A DNA stretch of 63,840 bases, filler included, from Dimargaris cristalligena (Eukaryota), in NCBI GenBank assembly GCA_003614675.1. It is 3 parts of 3 records of this genome, joined end to end, with 100 filler letters (N's around TTAATTAATTAA, not from the genome) between each part and the next. Parts side by side here need not be neighbours in the genome. Positions count along the whole stretch, not along the records: positions 1 to 22,003 come from ML002646.1; 2 more parts are not named here. One strand, given 5' to 3'. Position 1 is the first letter of the stretch; every line of letters begins with the position of its first letter. Made by a program: the position numbers and the translations under genes. Positions 1-12,849 of the stretch are shown here, in pieces. Under the pieces are notes generated by a model. That model saw only the letters and a list, made by a program, of their open reading frames with translations, had not been told where the DNA came from and did no database searches.

Positions 1-109
1 ATTGCTGCCCCGTCTTGTTTCTATTTCCCAGTTGGTATTATAATTTTTCTCGATGACCATCTCACACACTTGCTCCTCTAATTCTCTCATTCTATTCCGA
101 CAATAACAG

Positions 110-836
110 GCTCGCAAGACGGCGCGCTTTCACTTTGGCAGCTTCCAACCGAGACGCCGCCAGGCTGCGTTGATCTTCAGCCCTTCACCGGTCTGGAGGG
201 TCACCACACTCCCAGCCGGGTGGTTAGTTTTAACCCCTGTTACTCGATGCTTGTGACTGGCGGCGATGACTTGGTAAGTTCTGATTTCCTTGGTTCTAAA
301 TATTTATATATAGTCAGAGCTCCGCAACCCATAATTCGACATTCTGTTCCTCATCCCAAGTTAAAGTCCACCTAAACTTAAACAGTTCCTACGGGGGTGC
401 ATTTCATTCCGTGGTACTCGGGTGATTTAAGAATTCCGGTGTCGCCTGCAGGGCGTGTCTCGTGCTTGTATCGGGGCACGCTTGTGTATAAGGCGTCGTG
501 GTCGAATAAAAACTCCGTGTCTTGCGATTGATGGCGATGGCCTGGCGGATCTCACCCCCATGTCGTGAGTCGGTTGGCTCCTGCTAGTCGTACTCGTGAT
601 AATACACGTACAGGAGGGGGTCGTCAGTTCCGTCTGACTACTAGCCCTGTTATCAGTCGCTATTTTGGCACGTACATTTCAGCGCTACTCAGTTCTAGAT
701 CGTTTTTATCCGACTCTATTGAGCGAAGGGACCATCCCAACATTGCCTAATTTATCCTGTCATTTTATATTTGTATTAACCTATATATCCCCGGCTTATA
801 ACACAGTGCCTTTGGGAACCCGAGAATTTGCGATAG
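110..836 (+). CDS. 3' end of WD40 protein, WDR82/Swd2-like (last two exons 110-273 and 807-836; 5' part outside window)
   Basis: CAG acceptor at 109. Exon reads GSQDGALSLW...VVSFNPCYSMLVTGGDDL, then GTAAGT at 274, CAG at 806 and CLWEPENLR*. This resembles the WDR82/Swd2 C-terminus (GSxDG...FNP...xW.P). Confidence 0.7.
385..745 (+). ncRNA. candidate structured intronic ncRNA, family unassigned
   Basis: GC/GU-rich block in an otherwise AT-rich 533-nt intron. Nested helices: 393-399/553-559, 451-462/472-483, 567-573/710-716, 583-588/640-645, 623-627/634-638, 385-390/727-732. ACA at 740-742. Confidence 0.5.
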
Positions 837-1212
837 AACATATACCCTCGATGAATAGTAGAATGCTCCAATCGATTGGCCGCAGCCTAGCCAACTTCTA
901 GTCAACTTTTTATATTTTCTCTCGGGTCTTAATTATCACTAATACTACCTTGTAATCTATTAAATGGACGTAGCCATGTCATTTTGAAAATCTACTTATA
1001 AAGGTGATGGATGTATTGCTTATTGCAATCGAAATGTAATTTATGTTAATACTTGAACTATCAATATAGTTATTTTAAGGTAATAGGTCGTAATTCATTT
1101 CGCCAAGCAGCATAAAAAATAAAATAGCACAATTACATCGAACTCTTTACAAGATCATTAAAGACCAAGTAGCTGCCAGTAGGGACGTAGTGATTTTACT
1201 ATGATATCACTT

Positions 1213-2328
1213 TTACGCTAGCTTCCAGTTATGATGATACAGGAAATCCTCAAATGAGTTAAACACACCGAAAATATCCAGGGACCTTTCCAGGCCACGC
1301 CCACCGAAATAGCCGAACTCAACAATGTACTGGTACATTTTATAAATTTCCGGGATGCCGTAGATGGAATGTTTGGCGGCTTCTTCGGGCGTCAGTACGT
1401 TGATGTGGATTTTCTTTCCGCCCACCTTGGCCAGGGTATCGATCATTTGGCCCAAAGTGCTGTAGCCGCAAGCTAAATCGTATGACTGACCCATGGTCTC
1501 CTGGGGATTGCGGAAACAGTGCACTACGCAATGGCCGCCATCTACAACAGCATCGATGGGGGGTACCTGGGTATCGGGGGACACCAGCAAGTCGACCTCA
1601 TAATCGCCGTCACTCCGCTTACGAAACTGATCCGGGTTATTGGACCAGTTGGACATGTAATAGCCGAAATTGACGACCGTGGTGGGAATCTCCAGCGATT
1701 TGACGTAGTACTCGATTTGGGCCTTGTTGTTGAAATGATGCAAGTCGTGGTATTTGCCCCCCGAGATTTTATTGGCATCGGGGAGGGATGATAACACCAA
1801 GTGCTGAATCCCCGCCTGCTTGGCCGCGTCGGCGATATTTTTGCCCTGCTGGATTTCAACAGCCGGGTTCTCCATGATTTCCTGTTGCCAGAAATTGGTC
1901 GTAGCGAATAGACCATAGGCACCCTGGAAGGCTTGGGCCAGTTCGTCCCGGTTGTTGAGGTTGCACTTGACCATTTCGACTCCTCGGCGAGCGAGCTTTA
2001 GAGAATGCTCAGATTGGGGATTACGGGTGAGGCCGCGAATGTTAAACTGCATGGTATCGATGAGAGCATCCACCACCGATCCGCCTTGGCGAATGTATAC
2101 ATAAGACCAGTCGCGCAGGGGGGAGATAATTTGATATGTGAACCAAGTTAATATTTATATTTACTAGAGGTTTACTCAACTTGGGACTTCTGCCTGGATA
2201 TTGGATTCATTGGCCATTTTTTTAACAATGGGGACATGGTGGAAATAATAATTCATTTTAAACTGGCACTTACCTTGGGCACCCGTGGCTCCCACAACGG
2301 CTATAAGTGGCTTATCGTGGAGGCTCAT
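1213..2328 (-). CDS. NmrA-like NAD(P)-binding protein (exons 2328-2274, 2084-1213)
   Basis: Spliced N-terminus MSLHDKPLIAVVGATGAQGGSVVDAL (Rossmann motif). Also QGKNIADAAKQAGIQHLV and HFNNKAQIE, typical of NmrA-like proteins. Intron 2273-2085 is GTAAGT..AAG. Confidence 0.9.
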
Positions 2329-3076
2329 GTTGATAGAGGAGATCGAGGGGGTTGTTAAAGGACTGTGAGAAATTACTAGCCTCTATTCAAATGTCGAGTA
2401 TAATAATATATAATATCAAAAATCAAAATAGCAGCATTACAGAGTCATAAGGGACTTAACCAGTGCCATTGTAATGATTTATTAAGAAGAGGGATAAGGG
2501 CCCCTACAATATTTCCCAGAGGTGGATGTTAATCTGGCCAGCTCACTCAATGTCATAAATTGTATCTGGTTGGATAAAAGGGACTATAAGGCGGTGTTGG
2601 TTTCACATCCAAGGTTGGTCAACGGGATTAGCACTACAAAAAGAATCTAAAACGTTTCAATTAACATTTGTGTATCATATCTATAATGTTCCAATCACAG
2701 TGAAACATCCGACTACTGGGGATTCAACTTCATGAAAAGGCCTTAAAAATCCCATTGGAATGATGCAACTTTTGAGAAATAAAAGAGCAGGTTAAACCAT
2801 GTCATTCCTATATACATACTTCAATACACCCTTCATATTTCCATTGCTAAGTGCTACAATTATTCTACTTTATAATACCGGAAGAGTATGCCTGTTTAAA
2901 AGCTGTGTAAATCAGTGTATTTATACATTTATTGTTTATTTATTGAGTGAAAGACTGATGTAGAGCGTTAAAGCTCTCAACGAATAAAGATATACTGAAT
3001 TGTATGCCTAATGAAAAGGATGGAAACTGTGATATTAATGGGTAATTAAGTTACTCGAGAACCAACTACCTCAGCA

Positions 3077-4141
3077 CTACTGCAGTGTGTTAGCCAAACT
3101 GTAAACAACCGCCAGGGTGAGAACAAAAGCCAATACGGGTTTATGGTCGTCTGGAGCTCCGCTAATCTTCGGCCCATCTCCGTATTTGCGTGCAGTATGG
3201 GTGGGGCTTACAAGCACCGTCCGGGTGGAACTGAGTTTGGAGCGAATTTTTGCAGCCGATGCTGTATCGGTTTCAACACCGGTCGTCGTAGCATCACTGG
3301 TCGCTGTAGTGGTGGAAATCACTTCATGGTCGGCTGCATCAGCTATAGAGGGAAGGGGAGTAAGTGGTACAATAGAGAGAGATATAACCAACCAAATCAG
3401 TAAGGGGCAAATGAGTTAGGGACGGGTCAGAGTGTGGTTAGATATCAATCAAAATTAGAGGTTCCATTCTATGCCAGAATAACGCGTCGGCCATTATGTA
3501 AACAACACTCGCCGACATCAGCCGTATTGGGGCGGCGGAGGTGTTTAATGACTCATGCAGGCAAAATTACCTTCCGGATTGGTCGGACTCGCGGGCTCGG
3601 CCTCGCCAACACCTGGCTCAGGGTGGGCAGGAGGGGGTGAATCTACAACCGGCTTATTAGCTTGAATCGGCATATCCTTACCATGATCACTATTAGCACT
3701 GGTAGGAGAGGCGGGCTGGTCGGGAGTTGGCGAGGCGGATGGGGCTGCCTTGGAACTATCAGGAGTTGGCTTATCCGACACTGGTGCCGGTTCTGGTTGC
3801 GGTCTGGGCTGGTTGGTCGATATTTTGATCAGGGGTCTACCGCCAGTATTCGAGGTATCGATGGCCATGGCGGGAAGTCGAATCGGTGATTCGGCGTGGG
3901 GCTGGCTGGGGGCCATAACCTTTCCTTTAGGGGGCTCATCGTCATCCACCAACGGCAGGCTAATTTCGGGGAGGGATATAATGTCTGCCTTGGAGTGGGC
4001 GTGGTTGAGAGTAGGGCCAAGGCCCAACAGATTAGTCCCTAACAGGCTGGATGGGTCAGCACGAAGAGGGTTGTCCAAGAGATGGGCACAGGCGCTTTGT
4101 AGAGCCAAGGCCCCAACAAGAATTGAATGAACAATCAGCAT
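3077..4141 (-). CDS. secreted Pro/Ser/Thr-rich protein, probably GPI-anchored (exons 4141-3571, 3342-3077)
   Basis: N-terminal signal peptide MLIVHSILVGALALQSACA. A GTAATT..TAG intron joins the two ORFs in frame (PE-ADAADHEV). Hydrophobic C-terminus VLAFVLTLAVVYSL. Confidence 0.7.
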
Positions 4142-6768
4142 AGTGTACGGTAGATTGGTAAACAGAAACGAATACAGAAAATGCTAGGTGATTTGAATGA
4201 AATGTTAAGTGTTTGAAACGCTCAAATTACAAGGATGTTCTGGTTCGGTAGCCGTGCGGGTATATATATATATATAAGCACATGATGCTATAAGCCCCTG
4301 TGGAATTAAATGTAAATATTATCGTGAAAATGAATCAAATGAATCGTACATGGAATCATAGTTTATGTTGGTGGAGCCAGAGTTGTATAATACGGCAAAT
4401 GACTTAGTATGGGGGCAATGGGAACCCATATATCTCCTTGCTTATACTGGACAGTATAAACATCGCGTCAAAATGGCAAATGTCAACAAAACCACCATTG
4501 CCTCACCTCCCCCCTTCTGCTGAACAACCTCCTCCTGGAAACGGGTATCAATGTTGAGCGAATGAGTAATTCACTCAAGTCAGGGGAGACTTCGTTCTAT
4601 CCTAGTGACGCTGGTGCGCTTTGATTCAGTAAGGCCCGTGTGTGCGGAATGGGGCTGCGCGATCTTCTCTGATGCGGCTATGCTTATCAATCGCCCACCA
4701 CCGGCATGCCCCTTAATCATCGGGCGACCGGGCTACGTTGTTTTTCCTATCAACTCGCTACGGGCCAACCACAGAATCAATTGGGCCTACTGGCCGATAA
4801 AACTAACGCGTGTATTACGAAGTTTCCGCGGCGCTACTGCAGTCCAATTCCAGTAATCTATGGCTACAGGCACCTATAATCTATACATGGAATACTGGAG
4901 TAAAACTAGCCTCTTTTGACGGAAACTACCTTCGGATACTCTATAGTTAACAGGGCATTGCGGCTGATCAACTCCGTGTACCGGTGAACTCCAGGGCAAT
5001 TAACACTAGGATATGACTCTAATCGATGCAAATGTAATTTGAACACTGATACGTATATGGCTATTTAGGCAGAGAGGGTACGAGGAATAAAGATGGGGCT
5101 CGGGAGAACAGAAGTACGGAGGGCGTTAGGGTTTCCTACCACCGGTGATGTTAGGAATAATTGGAGTGATAATGATAGCGTACTAAATGATACTACGAAG
5201 GCAATTTCAAGAAACTGTGGTTATATTCAACTGCTTTATTAATAGATTGGTAGTTCTGTCGGTATTTATACTACAGCGGTGCTAGCAAGAATTACTACTA
5301 GACAGCAATATGGGCCATAATGGCCGGAGGGTGGACGCAGATAATTCGAGGGTGATCCGTTATCACGTAATGAATCATTGGAATAGCAGTGCAGCGGAGG
5401 TATCGTCTTGAATAAGCTAGGTCAGAGAGTGGGTAGATGTGGGCTGATATTCGAATAGTGTATATTCGGGGTTTGATATAAATGGTAAAGCGCCCCATGC
5501 ATAATAGCGACATTAACATCAGGCATAAAAATGTAAATACGGTTCAAACACCAACCTTCCCGTAATCATATTGCATGACATGTCCTACAATAATAATGGC
5601 CATAGGCCTCATTCTTCATGCTAGTATAATACGGCTGAAATTACCGCCTTAACAATATAGGATCATAGAAATTTGAAGATTTATCTGTTAATGTCATCTA
5701 ATATTTACTAATGCACTGGTCCGGTGGTATTTATCAAATAAATAGTAAGTTAGGAGTAATTTTAACTGAATTTTATGATTATTTATAACTGAAAATAGCG
5801 ACAGGCTCGATATCCTAGTGGTTCTATTTTTATAATTCTGAATCAAAGGGTTTTCAAGTACCATAACCCTACCCCCCCCCCTTACCAATCCTGCATTGGG
5901 GTAAATCTACCTATTCCTAGATTCTTTACGTAAATGACCAGTACAGCCACCTATGATCCCCACTTATTTATTAACTATTTTCGGAATATGGCCAGCTCAA
6001 CAGCATTAGAAAGCATAGGTGATGCGGCTATGGCCGCGGATCTATAGTGTAGGCTAAATCAGGCACTTTTACAAGCCTTGTACTTTTTCGGATTGCTTTA
6101 AGGCATCACATTTCAAAACTCCCCTGCCTGTCCATCACCCAATTTCAAAACTGGAGAGCCGTTTGGCGATAAATATACAATAGCCCAGTGAGTCCAATCA
6201 ACCCATTAATGCAACCATTCAATCTGTTTTGAAAGGTAAGCACCACTAAGACTGTCTCTTTTCGCCATCTCCGGGGATTTTCGGAATCTCTTAATCCAGT
6301 AGAGCTATTAATAGTAAATCGATGTGCAACATGTTCGCTGAACCTTTTTATCAACTTCGCATTACCATAAAACTTATCCACCACTGGGCTGTAAATGCAT
6401 ACGAAGCTCTGGAGCTTCCCCACTTCGAATGTATGACGATATCTATTTATAGTACAAGAACCCCACCACAGGCTCCCCACTAACACCACTGAACCATTAG
6501 ATCAGCTCAACAGACCTATCCTTTCAAGTCAGACATTGGTGGGAAATTTGTTGAGCCGTTCCCACTCCAACCACCACCACTGACGCCCACTTTTGGGGAA
6601 TCCTGAATGATTAGTCCAAACCAAAACGGAGGGCGCTCCTCTCCAATACAGAGTAGACCACTTACTATTGGTTTTCTCATTTGCGGATATTTATAATGCC
6701 GAATGTAAACGCGAGTAAGGTCAAGTCTGAGAAAATAATGACCCTCTGTGAGTTTTTTCTCTACGATA

Positions 6769-6906
6769 TGGGAGCGGTTCGACCCAACTGTATAACAAAA
6801 AATCCGTAGAATGATGCTAATACTACTGGTTAAAATCAAATCTCCAACATATTTTCCCATACATTCTTTACTTAAAGTCTTTTACAGCCGCGCTGAATTC
6901 TACCCA
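6769..6906. mobile_element. ~138-bp MITE, copy 1
   Basis: ATAT-GGGAG...TACCC-ATAT with imperfect TIRs. Homologous to five other copies in the window. Confidence 0.8.
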
Positions 6907-9900
6907 TATGGATAACCCAATGGCTTCTGATGAAGCCAGATACACTTGCATCAAGGAAGGAGCTGAGGTAAGTTAGGCTAGAAAGAACCGCAAAGGCCTG
7001 GTTGCTCATATATTAGCTATTGGGGGTCTACTTAGCCAACGTATATGGTGCAAAGTTCAGACGGCGGCCTATACTGGAACAGCCTACTTAATTATCTAGG
7101 CGGTTAACGTATTTAAACTACAATAGCTCTAGCTTATAAGCCAATGAATGTACGTGGCGTAGTACCAGTAAGTAAAACTAAAAATATCTAGCTATGGCTA
7201 CTGGCAATATATCATTCCTACACCATTGTTATATTTTCACGCGTGAAGCTTACCAGCTAACGTTGGCCTTCCTGGGGACCTATTGAGCATAGGCACACGC
7301 CTAGTAAGAGTCCCATTCCGGCTATTTGCTAGTTTCTATAGAAGATAATAGCATCTAGGTCTATCCACCTATATTGGGATGCTCTACTTCGCTCCTTAAG
7401 GTTATATCTATGTAGGATGTGCCCCACCCCTCAAGCCAACCGCGCTTCATTGGACTACTAAATGTGTTACGCAATCAGCTGACCTGGCGCTGACTGTTGC
7501 CGCCTTAACTTGCTTTTGCCTTTTCACAGTTCTGTTTAGAATCGAGGTATTTTTACCCCTCAGCCCACAGCTAACTAGGCAGTACCATATATGAAAACTA
7601 GAGCGGAAATCCATATTTTAGAGTGAACCATTAAGGAAGACTCGATTGATTGTGGGTGATGGCCAACTATGGCACAAATCACATACCCTTCTCACACTAT
7701 TAAGTGATTAATATGGACGAGGCCTTCTCAAGCAAGACAATGCTACTGAGTTTACCCACAATTGATAAATTCAGTCTATTTTTGAAGCTGCTGCTAATTG
7801 GGAACTGTTCAAGTGCCACATATGGGTATAGTCTTGGTTTTGCTAACCTATTTGGCATTGTTTTTTGAACTCGGTTAATTCAAGAATCTGGCCAACTGCC
7901 TCAGCTATCATTGTCGAAGTGGAGGGACTGGAACGAATATATCGCCTTCTTTCGAAATACGAACTTGGCGACCTATTCCGTATTCGGTCAATTTACTTCT
8001 ATCGGGCATGGTTGGTGTAGACCGCCTAGGCTCGTCTATGCATAGCATACAGGGTAAGATGGTCTAGCGGTGTCCCAAAGTAGCCGTCACTAACAATGCG
8101 CCTCTGGCTGTAGCGGTAGTGAATTGGCCCCCTGGTGATTCAATGTATACGCTAGTCACTCTACCACTAATATGTAGAGGGAAGGAGACTAAAGGATGAA
8201 GCATCCAAGTGAATCATGGATGTGTCGCTGATCGACCTAATTCGACTACAGATTAACTGTAACGGTTGGACTACAATGGCTATAAATTATACAATCGACG
8301 TGACACCTATTAAGATGATAGCCTACATATCCGGCGTAGCGCCAATGCCAGGCGAGATATCCCCTTTTCATTTTGGTGCCCCGTCATGTTGGCACGGTTC
8401 TTTGTCCGCAGGTCAACATGGCTACTGTGCTAAACGCTAGCCTGCCAAAACGTAGTTACAATATAACCTTTTACTGTTCTTCCACCTGTACATGGGTGGA
8501 TTAGAAAGACTGCTTTAGATGAAGACGTACACTCAAGAAACCCACCCCCCACCTATCACACTGCGTACGGAGATCTGTATCCGACACAGGGGGTAGATAT
8601 GTGCCGCCGCCCCCCCTTCCAAACAGTTGACTGTGAGCACAGCCTGGCTATTCACCACCCTCTCACGCTATGATGCCAACTCGAACACACTATCGGAATA
8701 ATAAGCCAAAACTATGTAAATCCACATTCATGATATACCAGGCCTTATACAGATTACCACACTTCGCAATTGATATTGCCCCGACCCACTCCCCGCAAAC
8801 TTGCCCTTGGTGTACGATGAACCACAGGAGCCTGTGCAAACAGGGGCGCGTGGTTGACGAAGGAGCAGGGGAAAGCGGCAGTTCGATTTTGATCGAAACC
8901 CCGACCAGTGGTAACAAAAAATGAGGTAATATTAAAGGCTGGAAGGGTGGTATGGTTTCTTTTGTTAGGGACCAGCCACCCTGGTGTATCGTTCGATTCT
9001 TGCAGATGTACTAGGGCATGCCAAAATAGAGTAACAGGGGGTCTCGTCACCGGTGCACTTTTGCTCTAACCCGTACCACCATTGTATCCACTCTGCTCCT
9101 CCTCCCGGCCGGCGGGCAAAGCCGTCTAGACTCCAGTGTTCTCGCCCGAAACGCACACCAAATTCAATTATGTTGGCCATCACTCATAGCACAATATGGT
9201 TGGTGGCAATTTGACACCAAGAGTATAATTCGTAGTTGAAAACGAAGCGAATAGCAATCCTCACCAAACAGCTACTTAACCAGTGACCGTTGCCGAGCCT
9301 TGGAGATACGGATAAATGGTAGCGAAGAAGTGGGCTGTAGGGAGAGGGGGAGGAAGATGCACTGCCAACCCCTACCGCAACTAAACGGGAATATAGCCAA
9401 TCACGGAGAATGAAGGCGAAGGAACGGAGAGTTGTTTTGCCATGTAGCATCCCTCTCCGTATCTTCCCAGCCTATTACGGACTTCAGACCTTCTCCCCCC
9501 CTGGTCAATGGATTGTCCGCACGGTCCATCCTAAATATCCCTATTTGGCGAATAAATTAGGCACTATTAAATGGCTGAGGGGTCGGTGGTAGATTGGAGA
9601 CTATGTTACTTGGCTACTATATAATCTTTGGGAATCAAGGCAAAGGCTTCAGGGCCATTCGGGTGTGGGTTCTATGGGCCTCTCATTATTTCCCCCACCG
9701 TCCCACTCACCCATCCATGTTGCTCATTGTTTGCCAATCCCCCTCCCCATCCATAGTTTGCTTTTGAGCTAGCATAACGTGTGTAGAGGAGGACTTTATC
9801 CTATTTATGGAGTGAACCACCGTCATCTGCTCAGTGAACAGACCGCCGCATCTCGTACTCCAACGCTCCGTACCCGCCCCGTGGGGCTTCCCGTAATGTA

Positions 9901-11253
9901 GCCATGTTTATATTGTTCTACAAAGCCGGTTGTAGCAAACGGGTGCCCATTGGTATAATCTGTCGCGGAAGTATCGTACCAATGGAAACCATTAACAGTG
10001 CTCACTACTCTACCGGCGGGAGCCTGCTTTTTTATGACGACATCGATTATCGGGGAAAGGATGATACAAATCTACCCCCGCGTAATCCGTCCTTTTTCAC
10101 CCCCATCTCCAACCGGGCCGAATTACCTAGACACTATGAACAAGAGGCCCAATTGTCAGGTATTGGCTATTTCCAGCGCCCACTCATCCCTCTTTCCGAA
10201 TCCTTTGAGTCGATGGCTACTAAACCAACACAATGAAGGTCCAACGGCCAATTGTGATTTCTTGAATGGCCCGTGATCATGGCGCTAAGTAAAGATGAAT
10301 CACTGTTATCAACAGCGGTAGCCACTTCCGTCGTTATAGTGTGTTCTAGTTAATTTCGGCGAGAAAATTATTGAAAAGGAAGTGGTGAGGGGATTTGGGC
10401 GTGGTTTGGGAGGTTTCTTTAACCGTTGTTCTTGATTGACAGCCACTGTTCCGCCCTAGTGCACAAAGCAACTGTTTGTCCAGAATCACTGATAACTAGC
10501 GCTCGGTTTGAGTGAGGCGTGAAGTAACCGCCGCCATGAATAACCGAACGTGATATGGGGACGGTCATCTCTCTCTCTCTTCCACCCATATCTTGGAGGA
10601 AGGATTGTCGTCCGAAATCATCCCCATGTATGGTGGTCTCCCATTCGGCTTCCTCCTCTCATCGCTTCAAGTGGTCCTTCCAGATTGGGCCAGGCTGGCT
10701 TCTATTCGCCCATTTCACTCTTCTTTACCTTATTAACCCTTCATGTTTGGAGACACGGTTACTGGGCGCACATCAGTAAAGATTGGACTGGGGGGGGAGA
10801 GGGTGAGGGGACATTCAACCGATATAATCAAATGTTGAATCCGCCATATAAATACCCCTATGCCTCCCTTCCCTCCCACCTGTTCGCCCATATAATATCC
10901 TGACTTCCCTGTACTAGGAACGTTTTAATATTGCCCGTTCATAGTTATTTCTCTTTACCCCGCTTACCTTTTCTAATATCTGCTATACGGTACTAAGGTT
11001 GCCGTCAGGAATTATCTCTCATTTCTTTCACAGGTCGCTGGATGGCCTATACGTTCTATTTCTTGTAACCTTTTTAATTCTTAATTTGTTGCCTCGATAC
11101 GCTCGGTGCTGTTTCCTTCTACTCCCACCTCGATCCTATCACTCGATCTCATTTGGTGCTACGTTGATCTAATATTGTGCTACACCTTTCTGCCCGAGCC
11201 TTTTTAATCCCATCTTCTCATTACCCTTTAATCATTTTCCATTCATCCACACT

Positions 11254-12384
11254 ATGAAGTTCGCTATCCTTCCCTCTCTCCTGGCCAGCGGCTTGGCCCT
11301 GGTTAACGCCGCCACCCCTGAATGTACCCCTAAGCGCTGGGACTTCAATGCCCCAGCGGATATGAACGACTTTGTTCCCCTGGGCTGCGGTCAGCAGGCC
11401 TATGTGGACAACGGTAACATGGTATGGGCTCTGACCAAGGACTGTAACGCCACCACCATGGCCTACCCCCACGCCATCGCGGAGGGTAAGGTGTCCGCCC
11501 GTATCAAGGCCGGTGACAAGAACGGTATGGTGACCGCCTTCATCATGATGGGCTGGACCCCGGGTCAGGTCGACGAGCTCGACTTCGAATGGGTTGGCCG
11601 GGACTTGAGCCAGGTCCAGAGCATGCTTTTCGTCAATGGCCAACGTGACGGTCCCGACGCCCATGAGATCGACTACCCCGTCCCGGGCGGCGATGCCAGC
11701 GCTGACTACTACCTCTACGCCATTGAATTCACCGCCAACTTTGTCAAATGGTCCGTCAATGGCGATGTTTTCCGTACCGTCGTTCGCAAGGACGGTCAGC
11801 CATTCCCCGCTCACGCCGACCACCTTCAATTCGGTGTCTGGGATGGCTCCCACCAGATGTACTGGGCTGGTGTGATGGAATGGGAGAAGTACGACCGCGC
11901 CTTCGCCTACATGGACTGGCTGGAAATCACGCCTTACTGTGACGGAGTCCCCACTTCCACCATCCCCGATTCCCCCACTCCCCCCACCACCACCGCTTCT
12001 TCCGTAACCTCCACGACTGCCGCCACCACCTCGACTACCTCTGACTTGAACACCTCCACCTCTTCGGCCGCCACTTCCAGCGCCGACCAGACCAGCACCA
12101 CTGCTATGTCCTCGAACGATGCCACTTCCACTAGCGACGTAACTGTCGCTCCTACTGGTACCGATGCCTCCACCGGTACTGATGTATCTGTTGCCCCTAC
12201 TGATACCGATGCTTCCACCGGTACTGACGCAACTGTCGCCCCTACTGATACCAATGCCTCCACCGGTACTGATGTATCTGTTGCCCCTACTGATACCGTA
12301 GTGCCCACGGATACTTCCTCCAGTGGCCCCGTTTACCCCACGACTGGCCCCCCCAAGTGCCGTCCCCGCGCTATCCAGGTTTAA
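11254..12384 (+). CDS. secreted glycoside hydrolase family 16 (Crh-like/beta-glucanase) with Ser/Thr tail
   Basis: Signal peptide, catalytic DELDFEW (ExDxE) motif, GMVTAFI, S/T-rich C-terminus, strongly C-ending codons. Confidence 0.9.
   Translation: MKFAILPSLLASGLALVNAATPECTPKRWDFNAPADMNDFVPLGCGQQAYVDNGNMVWALTKDCNATTMAYPHAIAEGKVSARIKAGDKNGMVTAFIMMGWTPGQVDELDFEWVGRDLSQVQSMLFVNGQRDGPDAHEIDYPVPGGDASADYYLYAIEFTANFVKWSVNGDVFRTVVRKDGQPFPAHADHLQFGVWDGSHQMYWAGVMEWEKYDRAFAYMDWLEITPYCDGVPTSTIPDSPTPPTTTASSVTSTTAATTSTTSDLNTSTSSAATSSADQTSTTAMSSNDATSTSDVTVAPTGTDASTGTDVSVAPTDTDASTGTDATVAPTDTNASTGTDVSVAPTDTVVPTDTSSSGPVYPTTGPPKCRPRAIQV
12135..12305 (+). repeat. coding minisatellite, 42-bp unit (TDASTGTDVSVAPT-like), about 4 copies
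   Basis: Repeated ...tccaccggtactga..ccctactgatacc units inside the GH16 tail. Confidence 0.85.
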
Positions 12385-12849
12385 AGTGCAGTCTCGAACG
12401 GATGCCTCCTTAAATATTAGTTGTAATTCCTTCAGTGCCTAAGTTTTTTTTCTCACAAGATTCGACTCCCCTCATATTATTCATTAGTATTAATGACTAT
12501 TAATGCTGGTCTCGATTGTTCTTTTATGATAATTGTCTTCGTGTGGGTTTGATTTATTCATGCATGAGATTATAATGGAACCAGTATACTATATTTAATA
12601 GCAGTATTCAGTCCGGCTAGCAGCTTCAATTCGCATTCCCATCACGACTTACCTCCTAATCGGATGTGGGGCCTCTGTTCTCTCTCGCCCGCTATAATAA
12701 AGTTCAGTTAGTATCAATTTTGTAGAAAATAGGTGTTTTTATTTGGATTGGAAGTAGAGAAATTGTAAGATTCGGGGCGAACTGCTGTTTTACCATGGAC
12801 TGGCGTTAAATTTCCTAGTCAGTGGTTTTTGTTTAATCGTAGATGTATC

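Noticed and set aside
393..732. TPP riboswitch (GGGGUGC start, AGCGAAGGGA end) or HDV-like ribozyme (GCGAAGGGAC)
   Set aside because: No CUGAGA and no CCUGAU/UAAU core; no HDV P3/L3/P1.1; the host gene is unrelated to thiamine.
370..800. U11/U12, snR30/U17 or RNase P resemblance (UGUCGUGAGU, CCUAAACUUA, ACCAU..ACA, CCCGGCUUA)
   Set aside because: Isolated short matches; partner motifs and spacing do not fit.
5900..10280. Short ORFs at 6145-6489, 8670-8924 and 9904-10236
   Set aside because: No recognisable domain or consistent splice structure; possibly decayed genes but unsupported.
11221..11853. Long antisense ORFs over real genes (also 24412-25608, 32149-32649, 34386-34851)
   Set aside because: Shadow ORFs produced by GC-rich, C-ending codon bias on the coding strand.
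12135..12305. CRISPR-like periodic repeats
   Set aside because: In-frame coding minisatellite without unique spacers, in a eukaryote.
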